Part shown: one piece after another, positions 42,868 to 53,124 of the stretch
Layout: each line of letters starts with the position of its first letter
Numbering within the stretch: position 1 is the stretch's first letter
Assembly (NCBI GenBank): GCA_002469305.1
Contig: DKEY01000016.1
Location: forward strand, 72,501-136,500
Source of the DNA: Sulfurospirillum sp. UBA6810
Lineage (GTDB): Bacteria; Campylobacterota; Campylobacteria; Campylobacterales; Sulfurospirillaceae
DNA: 64,000 nucleotides
Reading direction: 5' to 3'
Notes under the pieces: generated by a model
Seen by the model: the letters and a program-made list of their open reading frames with translations, nothing else
The model's database searches: none
What the model was told of the DNA's origin: nothing
Made by a program: the position numbers and the translations under genes

Positions 42868-43449
42868 CTAGTTAATTTTTGTAGCACAGATAAAGCCATC
42901 GTTATCTGGTACTGCTGCCGTTGCTGCTTCAGCCGTTGCTGCATCTGCATACTCTGCCACTACATCGCCATCAATTACTGCACCAGGGAAAGCACTAACT
43001 ATAGCATTTGCAAATTCATTCTCTGCGGACTCCTTTGTATCAGCATCCCAATCCATTGAAGTTGCATCCATACAAAGATAGGCACGAATATCAGTATTTC
43101 CTACTGGTCCGTGAGGTCCTGTGTAATATTTCACATCTATTGCCTCTGGAGGGTATATGAAATCATTTGTTGTGTCATATGCAAGAGGTCTTACATATGT
43201 TTTTATAGTCTCTTCTGTCAAATTAGAGTATCTTTTATTTGATTGGAAATAGCCTTTATATTTTGAAAAACCCAAAGTTAATGTTGTCATTGGCTCTTTT
43301 ACATAACTCTTGATTTCAGAATCTTTCATCATTGCAAGTCCACGTGTAATAGCAACAGCTAGAGCAATTCCTATAATTACAAAAACGAAGGTAGTTTCTA
43401 TTAAAGTCATACCTTTTCTCATTTTTGGTTTTTTATCTTTTTTAAGCAT
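42868..43449 (-). CDS. type IV prepilin (major pilin candidate)
   Basis: MLKKDKKPKMRKG|MTLIETTFVFVIIGIALAVA: basic leader, Gly-1, Glu+5. AAGGAG RBS 6 nt before the ATG at 43449. Followed by a strong hairpin (42833..42859). Confidence 0.8.
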   Translation of the reverse strand: MLKKDKKPKMRKGMTLIETTFVFVIIGIALAVAITRGLAMMKDSEIKSYVKEPMTTLTLGFSKYKGYFQSNKRYSNLTEETIKTYVRPLAYDTTNDFIYPPEAIDVKYYTGPHGPVGNTDIRAYLCMDATSMDWDADTKESAENEFANAIVSAFPGAVIDGDVVAEYADAATAEAATAAVPDNDGFICATKIN

Positions 43450-43921
43450 TTTTCTCTCCTTGATTTTTTTCAATTTCTTTGCGTCTTAACTCGACAGAAG
43501 TCACAAGCGCCCGATGTTGCCTTTTCACTTCTATAACTTTTGAAAGAAAAGATTTCTCACCCTCTTCTCTTATATCATCAGCCTCTATAATAGCCTCTAT
43601 ATCATCAACAAGTTCCCAATCGTTACTTCTATTGATAAATTCAGCAACAACAATCTCATCTCTCTCTTGAAGAACCTTATCTTTTTTGTATTCAAAGAGA
43701 TAAAAGGACAATTTGGAGAGAGCCAAAACCCTTTCATCCTCAGACTTAAACCTATTTTCGATTATCTCATTGGCTTTGAGTTTTTCTAAATCATGCTCTT
43801 CTGCATCAGAATAGATGGTCACAGCCAAAGCTTTCGTAACATGATCTATCTCAACTTTTTGTTTTTCACTTAAGCCTTGAGATTGTAGTTTTATACCTAG
43901 CCTCATAAGTAGTTTTTTCAT
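43442..43921 (-). CDS. hypothetical acidic protein (159 aa)
   Basis: ORF in operon between the secretin and pilin genes. No family recognised. Confidence 0.5.
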   Translation of the reverse strand: MKKLLMRLGIKLQSQGLSEKQKVEIDHVTKALAVTIYSDAEEHDLEKLKANEIIENRFKSEDERVLALSKLSFYLFEYKKDKVLQERDEIVVAEFINRSNDWELVDDIEAIIEADDIREEGEKSFLSKVIEVKRQHRALVTSVELRRKEIEKNQGEKNA

Positions 43922-43928
43922 TCTAACC

Positions 43929-45689
43929 CTAATTTCTGATTTTTACTTTTCCTAATAGGATAAGTTCTCTTTTAACATATTCATTGTTATTTGCACCACC
44001 TAACACAAAATCTGGAATAGGAACAATACCTTTATAGTTTTCTGCTTTACCTTTGATACTCAAAGAGTCAATAACAAAGACATCTCCATCTGTAGCTTTT
44101 ATTTCACCTGCAAAGCTATCATCACTTATCTCAGGTTCTGCCCAAGTTTCAGTTCCAGAAACTTTTTCATTCAAATTCAAGAGGGCTGAAAAATAAATGT
44201 TTAGATTTAAAGATACTTTGCTTCCATCTATCATAGGTTTACCTTTAAACACAAAACCATCATACGCCTCTGCCATCTCTCTTTCAGTATTGTATGTAGG
44301 AGAGCCTGTTGGTGTAGTTCCTGTTTGAACTAATTTGGAATTTTTGGCATATGTTGTGATAGTCGCTTTTTTTCTAGAGTAAGGGATATGGTTGTGCATA
44401 GTAAAAACATATTTTTTTCTATTTACAATAGTTCCAAAATCATTTATTGCATCAACCAAAAAGGAAGAAGAACCATTGCCTCTAGTGTTTGTTACAGTAG
44501 CAATAGAGTTTGCACTAAAATCGGTTGCTATAGTTAATGCCGTATCTTTAATGACAGCATTTTTAATCAAATCTATATCAATTCCCACACCTACTTTTCT
44601 TTTAACTAAAACATCAATCACATCTAACTCAAATTCTGTCATTTTGCTATAAGTAGAGTTAAAGCGGTGTATCATCTCTTGAATCTGGTTCATTGTTTTT
44701 TTGCTTGCTTTTGCAGTAACTTCACCTGTAACCTTATCAATTCGTGCATAAGCATTTTTTTTGTCAAACTCTGAATTTTTTTCAATAACGTTATTTATAT
44801 CCTCTTCTAACTCATCAAAGACTTTTATAGAAGCTTGAGTTGCGATATTAGAACCACCACTCTCTGTCATTGCAGTCTCACTAGAACCTATTGCCTTTGC
44901 TTCAAGAGAGCCTTGTATGTCAAGATTATTCATTGCCAATTTAAAGTATTTAACTTGATACTTTCCTATTTTAATGAGCTTGTTTTCATGGTCTATATCA
45001 ATGTATAAGTTAAGAGCATTTGATATGTAGTTTAACACTTCCAGAGCATCGGAAGTTTCTGATGCGAATGATATGTGGCTTGCTTTTATAAACTCAATTT
45101 CACCACTATTTTCTTGTGTTTGTGTTGCGATTTTGATACCATCATCTTGCAGATAAACAACATTATATCCTGTAGCATGCGCAACCCTATCTAAAGTATC
45201 TGCAACCGAAGTATCTTTTGAAGCAAGTTCAACTTTTTGTTTTTTAAACATCTTGTTTGACTTATGAGAAACTTTAACAACCTTTGGACGAGCTTTATGA
45301 AACATGTTTTTTTCTATCGTAATTGTATAGTTGGTTCTATCTTCGATATATCTCTTTAAAATAAAGAAGTCCGTTACCTTGAAAATATTACTTGGAATTG
45401 TTGGGACATCTATATTCTCTGAATTTATATCAAGCACATAAATACGATTTGTGATATTCCCCAAGTCTTTTAACACTTCATTGAGCTTTTTTGGATGCGA
45501 CAAGTTTACATAGGTTTGTTTCGCATAAGACTCATTTATCATGCTTCTTAGTGTTTTTTCATCCTCTTTAAAGGATAGTTGCTTGAGCTCACTATTGTAA
45601 GTGGTTTCAACTTTGTTTTGATGATAATTACAACCGCTAAAAAGTAGTGCTATACTAAAAGCGGAAAATAGAACTTTAATCATTTCCAA
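43929..45689 (-). CDS. secretin-family outer-membrane lipoprotein candidate (PilN/GspD-like)
   Basis: Lipobox LLFSGC. The 586-aa size and the C-terminal GIVPIPDFVLGG...RELILLGKVKI resemble the secretin C-terminal signature. Operon context. Confidence 0.6.
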   Translation of the reverse strand: MEMIKVLFSAFSIALLFSGCNYHQNKVETTYNSELKQLSFKEDEKTLRSMINESYAKQTYVNLSHPKKLNEVLKDLGNITNRIYVLDINSENIDVPTIPSNIFKVTDFFILKRYIEDRTNYTITIEKNMFHKARPKVVKVSHKSNKMFKKQKVELASKDTSVADTLDRVAHATGYNVVYLQDDGIKIATQTQENSGEIEFIKASHISFASETSDALEVLNYISNALNLYIDIDHENKLIKIGKYQVKYFKLAMNNLDIQGSLEAKAIGSSETAMTESGGSNIATQASIKVFDELEEDINNVIEKNSEFDKKNAYARIDKVTGEVTAKASKKTMNQIQEMIHRFNSTYSKMTEFELDVIDVLVKRKVGVGIDIDLIKNAVIKDTALTIATDFSANSIATVTNTRGNGSSSFLVDAINDFGTIVNRKKYVFTMHNHIPYSRKKATITTYAKNSKLVQTGTTPTGSPTYNTEREMAEAYDGFVFKGKPMIDGSKVSLNLNIYFSALLNLNEKVSGTETWAEPEISDDSFAGEIKATDGDVFVIDSLSIKGKAENYKGIVPIPDFVLGGANNNEYVKRELILLGKVKIRN

Positions 45690-46140
45690 TATCCTTCACA
45701 GCTTCTAAGAGCTCTGTTAAATTACTTTTATCAATCTTCATCTGCTTTATAAACTCAATATCTAAGTCTTTGTTTTTAGAAGCAAGCCTAATTATTTCAT
45801 CCTTTAAATCTTTGAGATTTATCTTAGAGAAATGGTTAATACCAAATTCGACTGTTTCTTTAAGTGTTTTTTCTTTATAAATCTTCTTTTCTGCTTGTAT
45901 GATAGTTGATTTAATCTCTATATTTTGCGCTGGCTGATTTTTAATAACTTTTTCTTCTTTTAAGGACTTTTCTTTTTTCTTTTTAAGCTCTTTTAACATT
46001 TCATCAGCTTTGTTTTTTTCCAAAATCTGAACTTCATACTTACCGCTTTTCTCTATCTCTTTGACCTTTTTAAGGGATAAATTGTCGTTTTCTGCAAATA
46101 AAATAACAGAAAATAAAAAAAACATCAAAACTTTTTTCAT
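45676..46140 (-). CDS. secreted Lys/Glu-rich protein (154 aa)
   Basis: Signal peptide MKKVLMFFLFSVILFA. Promoter-like motif 46165..46194 upstream. Confidence 0.55.
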   Translation of the reverse strand: MKKVLMFFLFSVILFAENDNLSLKKVKEIEKSGKYEVQILEKNKADEMLKELKKKKEKSLKEEKVIKNQPAQNIEIKSTIIQAEKKIYKEKTLKETVEFGINHFSKINLKDLKDEIIRLASKNKDLDIEFIKQMKIDKSNLTELLEAVKDIGND

Positions 46141-46164
46141 TATTGCTTCCTTTGTAAATCCATT

Positions 46165-46194
46165 TTAATAAATATATAATTAATTATTGCTTAA
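46165..46194 (-). promoter_or_regulatory. conserved promoter/operator-like motif P9
   Basis: TTAAGCAATAATTAATTATATATTTATTAA, identical to P2. 24 nt upstream of ATG 46140. Confidence 0.55.
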
Positions 46195-47591
46195 TTTCCG
46201 CCTATGATAGCGTAGACTTCTGCCTTGGCTTTTGCTACATTAAAGAGCTCTGATGCTATCATTCTTTTATGCATCAGGGTCTTCAACAAATCCGCTTTTT
46301 CATCCGCCTTTCTTCTCCACTTTTGCATTATTTTTGACTCAAAATATTGTTGCCTTTTTATCTTATAAATAAAAGCTATTTTATTTGATACAGGATCGTT
46401 TGTTCCAGGAGACTTTTCTACTGTTGCAATACTCTCATTAAAAATATAATACATGTTTCCTAATTGCATAGGTAATTCAAATTCAATCTCTTCTTTAGCT
46501 TTTCCCTCAGCCCACTCTTGTGCTAACTCTCTGTATCCTTTTTTATCCCCAGCAGACTCACTTTTTTTATCTATATAATTGCTGATAAAAGTTATTTTTT
46601 CTTGTGTAGCTTGTTGAAAATCTGTTTCGCTAGGAGCTGACTTTGAAGCGATATTTGTAGAGTTAATAGACTTAAATTTTGACTCTGCAATATCTAAGTG
46701 CTGCGTAAAAGCGAGCTCTCTCTCAAGTCCATAATATTTACTTGCATGGTAGTGGGTATCATCATTGTACTCTTGTAAGCTTTCATAAGGAATTTTGACA
46801 TCTTCTTTTTTAAGCTCTTTGTTTGGATCCACCTCTCCACTTAATTTAGTTAGAGAGTCTATATAGCTTTTAGCGATGTAACCTTTTTCATTTTTGTTAA
46901 GAGCATTTATTGCTTTACCTAATGTATTCTCTTTGTTTGCCGTTTTGAATTTATCAATTTGTGCAGCAGTCTCTTTTTCTGCTTTTTTTGCAACTTCTGA
47001 GTTAAAATTAGTATCTTTAGTTCCTGCTTGGTTTTTGCCTGTAAGTGTAATTTGTTTTGTAGCCTCTTCAAAAGATATCTTTTCTTTTATACTATTTGTA
47101 TACTCTTCACACCAATCTTTAAATGGTAATTGAGTATTCCATCTCTCTTGCTGTGATAACTTTTTAAAAGGCCCAAGAGTGTTTGGCAATGCAGAACATG
47201 GATCAAGAGTAGTATTGCTAAAAAGCCCACAAAGATTTGGTGTTGTATCACTAGGTTGATAGTTTGGATTGTATTTGTAACACATTTTCATAGTACTTGT
47301 GGTCCATGAGTTATTTCCTGACCACCATGTTCCAAAATCACTTCCAAAAATAGCATCTGTAACGGCTGATGCACCACTACCTAAAATAGAGTCTTGAATA
47401 CTGTTTGTGTACCCATCAATAATTCCACCAATGGAACCTGATTTAATAACTCCACTTAAACTACCAATGTTACTTGTGCTAAATGACTCACTCACTTTTA
47501 CATTGCTTTTCATTGTCCCAAGAAAGTCCGCACAAAGTTGAACTTGAGTAAAAACCCCCAGCAAACAAAATGCTTTGATGAAATTTTTCAT
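46191..47591 (-). CDS. secreted hypothetical protein (466 aa)
   Basis: Signal-like N-terminus MKNFIKAFCLLGVFTQVQLCA. No family recognised. Confidence 0.55.
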   Translation of the reverse strand: MKNFIKAFCLLGVFTQVQLCADFLGTMKSNVKVSESFSTSNIGSLSGVIKSGSIGGIIDGYTNSIQDSILGSGASAVTDAIFGSDFGTWWSGNNSWTTSTMKMCYKYNPNYQPSDTTPNLCGLFSNTTLDPCSALPNTLGPFKKLSQQERWNTQLPFKDWCEEYTNSIKEKISFEEATKQITLTGKNQAGTKDTNFNSEVAKKAEKETAAQIDKFKTANKENTLGKAINALNKNEKGYIAKSYIDSLTKLSGEVDPNKELKKEDVKIPYESLQEYNDDTHYHASKYYGLERELAFTQHLDIAESKFKSINSTNIASKSAPSETDFQQATQEKITFISNYIDKKSESAGDKKGYRELAQEWAEGKAKEEIEFELPMQLGNMYYIFNESIATVEKSPGTNDPVSNKIAFIYKIKRQQYFESKIMQKWRRKADEKADLLKTLMHKRMIASELFNVAKAKAEVYAIIGGN

Positions 47592-47599
47592 GCAAATCC

Positions 47600-48592
47600 T
47601 TATTTATCTAAAATATAGTAGATTTCCGCATCTACCATAGAGTTTCTAGGGATATAGTAGATATATCCTAAATCTTGATATATCTGATTTAATCCTGCGC
47701 TTAATCCTTTGCCAGCCATATCAAAGAGTAAAGTAATAGCATAATCAATCGCATCTGGCTTTGGTGTAGTTGTTGCAGTAACCGTAGTAGTATCATTTTG
47801 AGAGACTTCGCTTTGAGAAGCATTTTTCTTATCTAAGTACTCTTTAGATAAAACAGGTATTTGGCTAGCTGCTTCTTCGGCCATCGCTCTCGAAACTTTT
47901 TCCAAAGCTCTCTTGTCAGCGTATGTAGCCAAGTTACTACTTCCATTAACAGCATTGAAAAGTTTTGATTTAGGAAGAATTGGATACATTTTACCCATCT
48001 CATCTTCATACATGTAAGGAGTTGCCTCTAAAATCGCCTTTTCTCCATTAAGAGCTATTGTAAGTTCAGCGAATATCTGCATCTCTTTACCTGTTTTATC
48101 TCTACACAACATCTTCATATTTGTCTTTTCATTAATCTGATAATCTTTAAATGTTTTACATTGTGCTAAAAACAGAACCTCTTTTTGACTCACTTGAGAA
48201 TCAATGCTTTGTTGAGCTTGGGCTTGCGCAATTTGAAGATTTTTTCTATACTCTTCTAAGTCTTTTTTATAAGTAGATGGCAAAGATAATAACGAAGTCC
48301 CTTCTGCCTGAGCAGTAGCTGTTTTTTTTGATTTACTTGATTTAATAACTTTTAAAATAGTTGCTTTTGTAGTATCAATCTCAACACTTTCTTGATAAGG
48401 AGTAGGAGTTGCTGTTGGTTTTTCTTGCATAACTCTTGGCATGGCCTCTTTAATAGAAGTACCACTTACTTTTAACTCATCACTTTTACCGTGTCTTATA
48501 AGATATTCACTCCCTGCAACCTCTTGTCTATCTAAACTAAAAGCTGATGAAATAAACACCAAAAGAAAAATCAATATCGCTCTTGCTTTCAT
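47600..48592 (-). CDS. secreted hypothetical protein (330 aa)
   Basis: Signal peptide MKARAILIFLLVFISSAFS. Confidence 0.55.
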   Translation of the reverse strand: MKARAILIFLLVFISSAFSLDRQEVAGSEYLIRHGKSDELKVSGTSIKEAMPRVMQEKPTATPTPYQESVEIDTTKATILKVIKSSKSKKTATAQAEGTSLLSLPSTYKKDLEEYRKNLQIAQAQAQQSIDSQVSQKEVLFLAQCKTFKDYQINEKTNMKMLCRDKTGKEMQIFAELTIALNGEKAILEATPYMYEDEMGKMYPILPKSKLFNAVNGSSNLATYADKRALEKVSRAMAEEAASQIPVLSKEYLDKKNASQSEVSQNDTTTVTATTTPKPDAIDYAITLLFDMAGKGLSAGLNQIYQDLGYIYYIPRNSMVDAEIYYILDK

Positions 48593-48882
48593 TGAACGCT
48601 CTCTTTCTTAAGCTTAACTAGCTCTTCATGTAAAACTTTTAACTCTTTACTTTGTGCCAAAAGAGGGATGAGTATATTCTTCAACTTCTCTTCATCAAAG
48701 CTTTCTATAAACTCATCATCACTAGCTTTCAAGAGTACTTTTGTGCCTATTACAATGGTTTGATAATCTTCAATGATTTCAAACTCTTCTTCCTGCTGTT
48801 GAATTGTTTCTAGAACTTCTAAGAGTTTTTTTCTTGCTTCTTTTATCTTTTTTAATATGTTTGCTTTACTAAATGCCATCAC
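48589..48882 (-). CDS. small acidic hypothetical protein (97 aa)
   Basis: 4-nt overlaps with both neighbours. Confidence 0.45.
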   Translation of the reverse strand: MMAFSKANILKKIKEARKKLLEVLETIQQQEEEFEIIEDYQTIVIGTKVLLKASDDEFIESFDEEKLKNILIPLLAQSKELKVLHEELVKLKKESVQ

Positions 48883-49124
48883 AAGCCTTCTTCAAAAAAA
48901 AAGTCATATCCCAAATATGTTATAGGCTTATCAAAATTTTCATCTTGTTTTTTTAGTCCAAGCTTATTTGAAAAAAGAGAAACTATTTCATTCTCTTTTT
49001 TTTCCAATATTGGCACATTATCAAAACTCTCTACACTTGAGAGTGTTACAGGTTGAGTTGATGCTGCACATCCTATAAAAAGAAATGAAAAGCAGATGGT
49101 TAGTAAGATAGAACTTTTACTCAT
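48879..49124 (-). CDS. small lipoprotein (81 aa)
   Basis: Lipobox FLFIGC. Confidence 0.5.
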   Translation of the reverse strand: MSKSSILLTICFSFLFIGCAASTQPVTLSSVESFDNVPILEKKENEIVSLFSNKLGLKKQDENFDKPITYLGYDFFFEEGL

Positions 49125-50052
49125 TTAAAAACCTCACGTTTGAAGTTTCTATAAAGAGGTTTTTTCTATATAACTTCACATATTGAGTCCCATCATTATC
49201 CTTTAGAACAGTTGAGTATTCATAAGTACTCCCATCTTTTTCAACAATTCTTACTACTTCAAATTTTTCAACATTATAAGAGCTTTGTGAAAGAATCTCT
49301 TCTTGTGTATTTAATTTAAACACAACAACATTATCTGCTATCAGCTCAAACTTACCAAGAGTAGGTACTTCTTTCTTTGGAAGAACATCTTTTCGAGGCT
49401 CCACTACTCTTGTTTGTTCTTGTTGTTGCAGTAACTCTTTTTTAAGAGCTTCATCTTTTATAACTTCATTTGTCGCTTTATCAACAAACAAAATAGCTAC
49501 TTGCTGATTTTCATTTAACTCTTTTTTATGCTGATCCAACTTCTCTTTGTACTCTTTTTCAAATTGAGCTTTCATAATATCTGCTAAGTCTTTTATCTCC
49601 TCTGCAAAAATAGTTTTTGCAGCATAAAACACCCTATTCTCTTCGTTATCAAAAAGTTGCAATTTGTCTTTTACTTTTTTATCTTTGAATATTGTTTTAT
49701 TTAACATGTCCAACTCTTGCTTTGCAGTTGGCAAAGAGTCGGAACTTGTAAAAATAATCCAACCTGATTTGGTGCGTATTGGAGAGTGGATAGAGCGAGT
49801 ATAACCGAACATTAATATCAACAACTCATCCCACTTAGCTAGCTCGGCTTTTTTACCATCGAAGTAGAGAATATACCTCTTTGTTTTGATTGGAGCTTCT
49901 AGTAGCCCTTGTATATTTGCATCTGCTTTTGTTGCTTTAAAACAAGTGATAAAACCATTTTTCCAAGCATCCGCTTTGTCTTCGCCAAATTCATAAGCTT
50001 GCAAGCTTAATGCTAGAAGCATAAGAATGAGAGTAGTCTTTATAAAATTCAT
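49117..50052 (-). CDS. secreted hypothetical protein (311 aa)
   Basis: Signal peptide MNFIKTTLILMLLALSLQA. Confidence 0.55.
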   Translation of the reverse strand: MNFIKTTLILMLLALSLQAYEFGEDKADAWKNGFITCFKATKADANIQGLLEAPIKTKRYILYFDGKKAELAKWDELLILMFGYTRSIHSPIRTKSGWIIFTSSDSLPTAKQELDMLNKTIFKDKKVKDKLQLFDNEENRVFYAAKTIFAEEIKDLADIMKAQFEKEYKEKLDQHKKELNENQQVAILFVDKATNEVIKDEALKKELLQQQEQTRVVEPRKDVLPKKEVPTLGKFELIADNVVVFKLNTQEEILSQSSYNVEKFEVVRIVEKDGSTYEYSTVLKDNDGTQYVKLYRKNLFIETSNVRFLNE

Positions 50053-50777
50053 TTATCAGCCTTTAAACATATTGTGTATTTATTACAGAACTCTTCGGCA
50101 TCTTTAGCAGAAGCAAACTCTGCTATAAGTGTTTGGTTCTCTCCTTCTATAATATTGCTGATAGCAATATTGGAGTTACGCAAAATAAGCCTATTGGTTT
50201 GTGTATTTTTTACGGGGATATTTTTAACCTCTTCTTTTGCACCTGGTGTATTTGGAAAAAAGGTTCGATTTACTTCTGGTATCTCTACACTTGCTGGAAC
50301 AAAAGAGGTATTGACTTGCGAAAGAGTAGTAGTGTTTTGTTTTATATCATTTACATTAACGTACTCTTCGGGCAAACCTGGTATACCACCTTTTACAAGT
50401 TTTAAAACATCATCAACTGTAAAATTCTTACATACATGAGCTTTCCCTAAAAGCATTTTAACTTGGTCTTTGTTACTATAATCCATAAACAAAGGAGGCA
50501 AACACAATCCACCTGCTCCTTTTAACTCAGCAGAAGCTCTTAATGCCTCGACATAAGGAAGAATTTTTTCAAACTCTTTTTTGGCAGCTTCATAACCACT
50601 GTTATACCCTCTGTTAAAAAGTACCTCTTCTTTTTTGTTTTTAACCTTCTTTTGTTCAAACGCTATCTCCTCTGCTGATTTGATATAACTATCAGCTGAA
50701 GGGTTTATCTGCTCTTTTGTAGAACAACCTGAAAAAGAGATAATCAAAGCAATCAAAAATAAATAACTATTTTTCAT
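50049..50777 (-). CDS. lipoprotein (242 aa)
   Basis: Lipobox IISFSGC. Confidence 0.55.
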   Translation of the reverse strand: MKNSYLFLIALIISFSGCSTKEQINPSADSYIKSAEEIAFEQKKVKNKKEEVLFNRGYNSGYEAAKKEFEKILPYVEALRASAELKGAGGLCLPPLFMDYSNKDQVKMLLGKAHVCKNFTVDDVLKLVKGGIPGLPEEYVNVNDIKQNTTTLSQVNTSFVPASVEIPEVNRTFFPNTPGAKEEVKNIPVKNTQTNRLILRNSNIAISNIIEGENQTLIAEFASAKDAEEFCNKYTICLKADK

Positions 50778-50778
50778 G

Positions 50779-52311
50779 TTATTTTCCTATCCATATAGGT
50801 TTAAAATCTGCGGTTATAAAAAGAATTTTGCCACCACTTGTAGCTTTCTCAAACCTGAAACCATTGATAATATCCCCTTTTGTAAACTCTTTATTGTTTA
50901 TTTTTATTTGTGTTGTTCCCAAAAGCTCAAATTGATTTTTTTCAAACTCTTCCAAAGTAAGTTCTTTTACAAAGTCATACTCTGGCTCTTTTTCTTCTAC
51001 AATGGGTGTGCTTGATTGTGGTGGAGTAGGCTCATTTAAACTTTTTGCATACGGATCATCTATTTGGATGGCAGGTTCTTCTTTTTGTTCTGTAACAGGT
51101 TTTGGGACTTCCACAGCTTTTGGTTCTTCCACAGTAGTGGGTTCTGTTGATTTGCTAACCTCTTCTTTAGACATATACTGCGCTGGTTGTGGGGATTTTA
51201 ATGACTCATCCATTGTTATATATGCAATAGAGACACCTGCGATCATTAGAGTAATGATTGCACCAAGAGTTATGAGAAATATTTTAAAGATAGACTTTTT
51301 CTTTGGAGGGGTTTCTTCTGTATATTCACTTGTTTTATCGCTTTCATAAGAGTTATCTGAAGCAGGGATATTTTGAGATTGTGTGAAAGATAGCTCTTCT
51401 TTCAATCGAGCAATTTCAGCATCTTTTTCCTCCACCATATTTTCCCATAAGCTAATGTCCTTTTTTAGCTTCATTATTATATTTTCAAGATGCCCATTTT
51501 TTTCCATAATTTGCAAGAGTGTTTCATCTTCTTCCTCTTCCTCGCTCTCACTAGATGGCTCAATAGCATTTTCAGTATTTTTAATACTGTCAATCTCTGA
51601 AGTTAATTCAATTACTTTTGCTTCGTAAGTTTTCTGTGCGGTATCTAGTTGTTCCTGAAGAGTGGCACTTTTACCCAAAGCTTCTGCTAAAGAGGTTTTT
51701 AATCCTTCTATTGTTTTTATCTCTTCTTCTGATAGTTCTTTATCTTCAACTTCTTCTTTGTGCACTAGTTGGTTCTGTATATAAATAGTAACTGCACTTT
51801 GATACTCTTGAATGAGATCTAAACATCTTTTTTTTATAATTAAATTTTGTTTTGAAACAAATTTGGTTTGTATGGCCATATCTACCAAGTGCCTCAAACT
51901 TTTTAATTTATAAAGTTTTTGGATAAATCCATCATCTTTTGAAAGTTCTTTATTCTCTTCAAGTTCAAAGATAATGTCATCTATTTGTGATTTTACTTCT
52001 TCAGAGACAGGAATATCAGAAATGTCTACATCTTGAAAAGATGTCTCTTGAAGATATCTGCTTATAGTTGATTTATCTTTGAGTTTACTCATGTGTACCT
52101 GAATTGCTTCATATGCTTTGAGTGGATCAATAGCATCTAAATCCAATAGTATCTGTTCTGACTCAACTTTTGTTTTTGCTATTTCTTCTTCAACTACTTC
52201 TATCTCTTTTAGAAAAGAGGCGCTGTTTGGACTAAGAGCCAGATTGAAAGTCCCTTCTTCTTTTTCTTTGATATCCGTTTGTGTTCCAAATTCTAAATCT
52301 TCATTGCTCAT
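50779..52311 (-). CDS. bitopic acidic coiled-coil protein with Pro-rich periplasmic linker (510 aa)
   Basis: Acidic N-terminal half, TM IFLITLGAIITLMIAGVSIAYI, PKAVEVPKPVTEQKEEP linker and a small C-terminal domain. Family not recognised. Confidence 0.55.
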   Translation of the reverse strand: MSNEDLEFGTQTDIKEKEEGTFNLALSPNSASFLKEIEVVEEEIAKTKVESEQILLDLDAIDPLKAYEAIQVHMSKLKDKSTISRYLQETSFQDVDISDIPVSEEVKSQIDDIIFELEENKELSKDDGFIQKLYKLKSLRHLVDMAIQTKFVSKQNLIIKKRCLDLIQEYQSAVTIYIQNQLVHKEEVEDKELSEEEIKTIEGLKTSLAEALGKSATLQEQLDTAQKTYEAKVIELTSEIDSIKNTENAIEPSSESEEEEEDETLLQIMEKNGHLENIIMKLKKDISLWENMVEEKDAEIARLKEELSFTQSQNIPASDNSYESDKTSEYTEETPPKKKSIFKIFLITLGAIITLMIAGVSIAYITMDESLKSPQPAQYMSKEEVSKSTEPTTVEEPKAVEVPKPVTEQKEEPAIQIDDPYAKSLNEPTPPQSSTPIVEEKEPEYDFVKELTLEEFEKNQFELLGTTQIKINNKEFTKGDIINGFRFEKATSGGKILFITADFKPIWIGK

Positions 52312-53063
52312 TTTACTTCTCCAGTTTTTACAAAGTAGTTGTATTTCTTACCATTAAAAATAAATCCACTATTAATAAATTTATCGTCTTTAAGTCTTAG
52401 TTCTGTTTTGAGTTCACTCACAATAGAAACTAAATAAACATCATAAACAACACCCATATATTCAACTTGTGAGTGAGGTAGTTCATATTCAAATGGTTTT
52501 AAATTAGAGAGAACTTCTATGTTTGATAGCTTTTTGGGTATATAGTATATTGCTTGCGTGTAAAGTTTTTCATCAATCAAGTCTTCACTATTTGGCTTTA
52601 AAATATATTTATCTAATTTGATTGAAATATAATTACCTTGCTTTTCGTTGTCCCCTATTATGTAAACAATATCCAAAAGACCTGACTCAAATTCATCATC
52701 TACATTAACAGTAACAATATTTTCACTAGCCGATGGTTGTGAGCTTGAATTACTTAAAATTGCTTTTGAAACAGTTGTACCATTTGGTAGAAATATTTTT
52801 AAAGGATACGCATGATGTATTTTAAGTGTATCAAATGGCTTTATAGGAGCGCTATATGGAGTCATAGAAAAATTGATATTATTCAATCTGTCAATTATCT
52901 TCTGGGCTTGGCTCTTTTCAAAGTGCACTTCATAAACTTCATTATAGTTTTTAGCAACTTCTAAAAAATTATAATCCTCTAATACATCTTGTGGAATTTT
53001 TTCACTACTAAAAACAAAAGAAGTTAATAATAAAAATATAGTAATAGTTTTTGTAAAATACAA
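52308..53063 (-). CDS. secreted hypothetical protein (251 aa), TTG start
   Basis: Signal-like TITIFLLLTSFVFS. AAGGGG RBS. Promoter-like motif 53092..53122. Confidence 0.5.
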   Translation of the reverse strand: MYFTKTITIFLLLTSFVFSSEKIPQDVLEDYNFLEVAKNYNEVYEVHFEKSQAQKIIDRLNNINFSMTPYSAPIKPFDTLKIHHAYPLKIFLPNGTTVSKAILSNSSSQPSASENIVTVNVDDEFESGLLDIVYIIGDNEKQGNYISIKLDKYILKPNSEDLIDEKLYTQAIYYIPKKLSNIEVLSNLKPFEYELPHSQVEYMGVVYDVYLVSIVSELKTELRLKDDKFINSGFIFNGKKYNYFVKTGEVK

Positions 53064-53091
53064 GTAAACCCCTTTTATATATTTATTCGAT

Positions 53092-53122
53092 AATAATAAA
53101 TATATAATTAAAGTTTACTTAA
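53092..53122 (-). promoter_or_regulatory. conserved promoter/operator-like motif P10
   Basis: TTAAGTAAACTTTAATTATATATTTATTATT. 28 nt upstream of TTG 53063. Confidence 0.5.
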
Positions 53123-53124
53123 TA

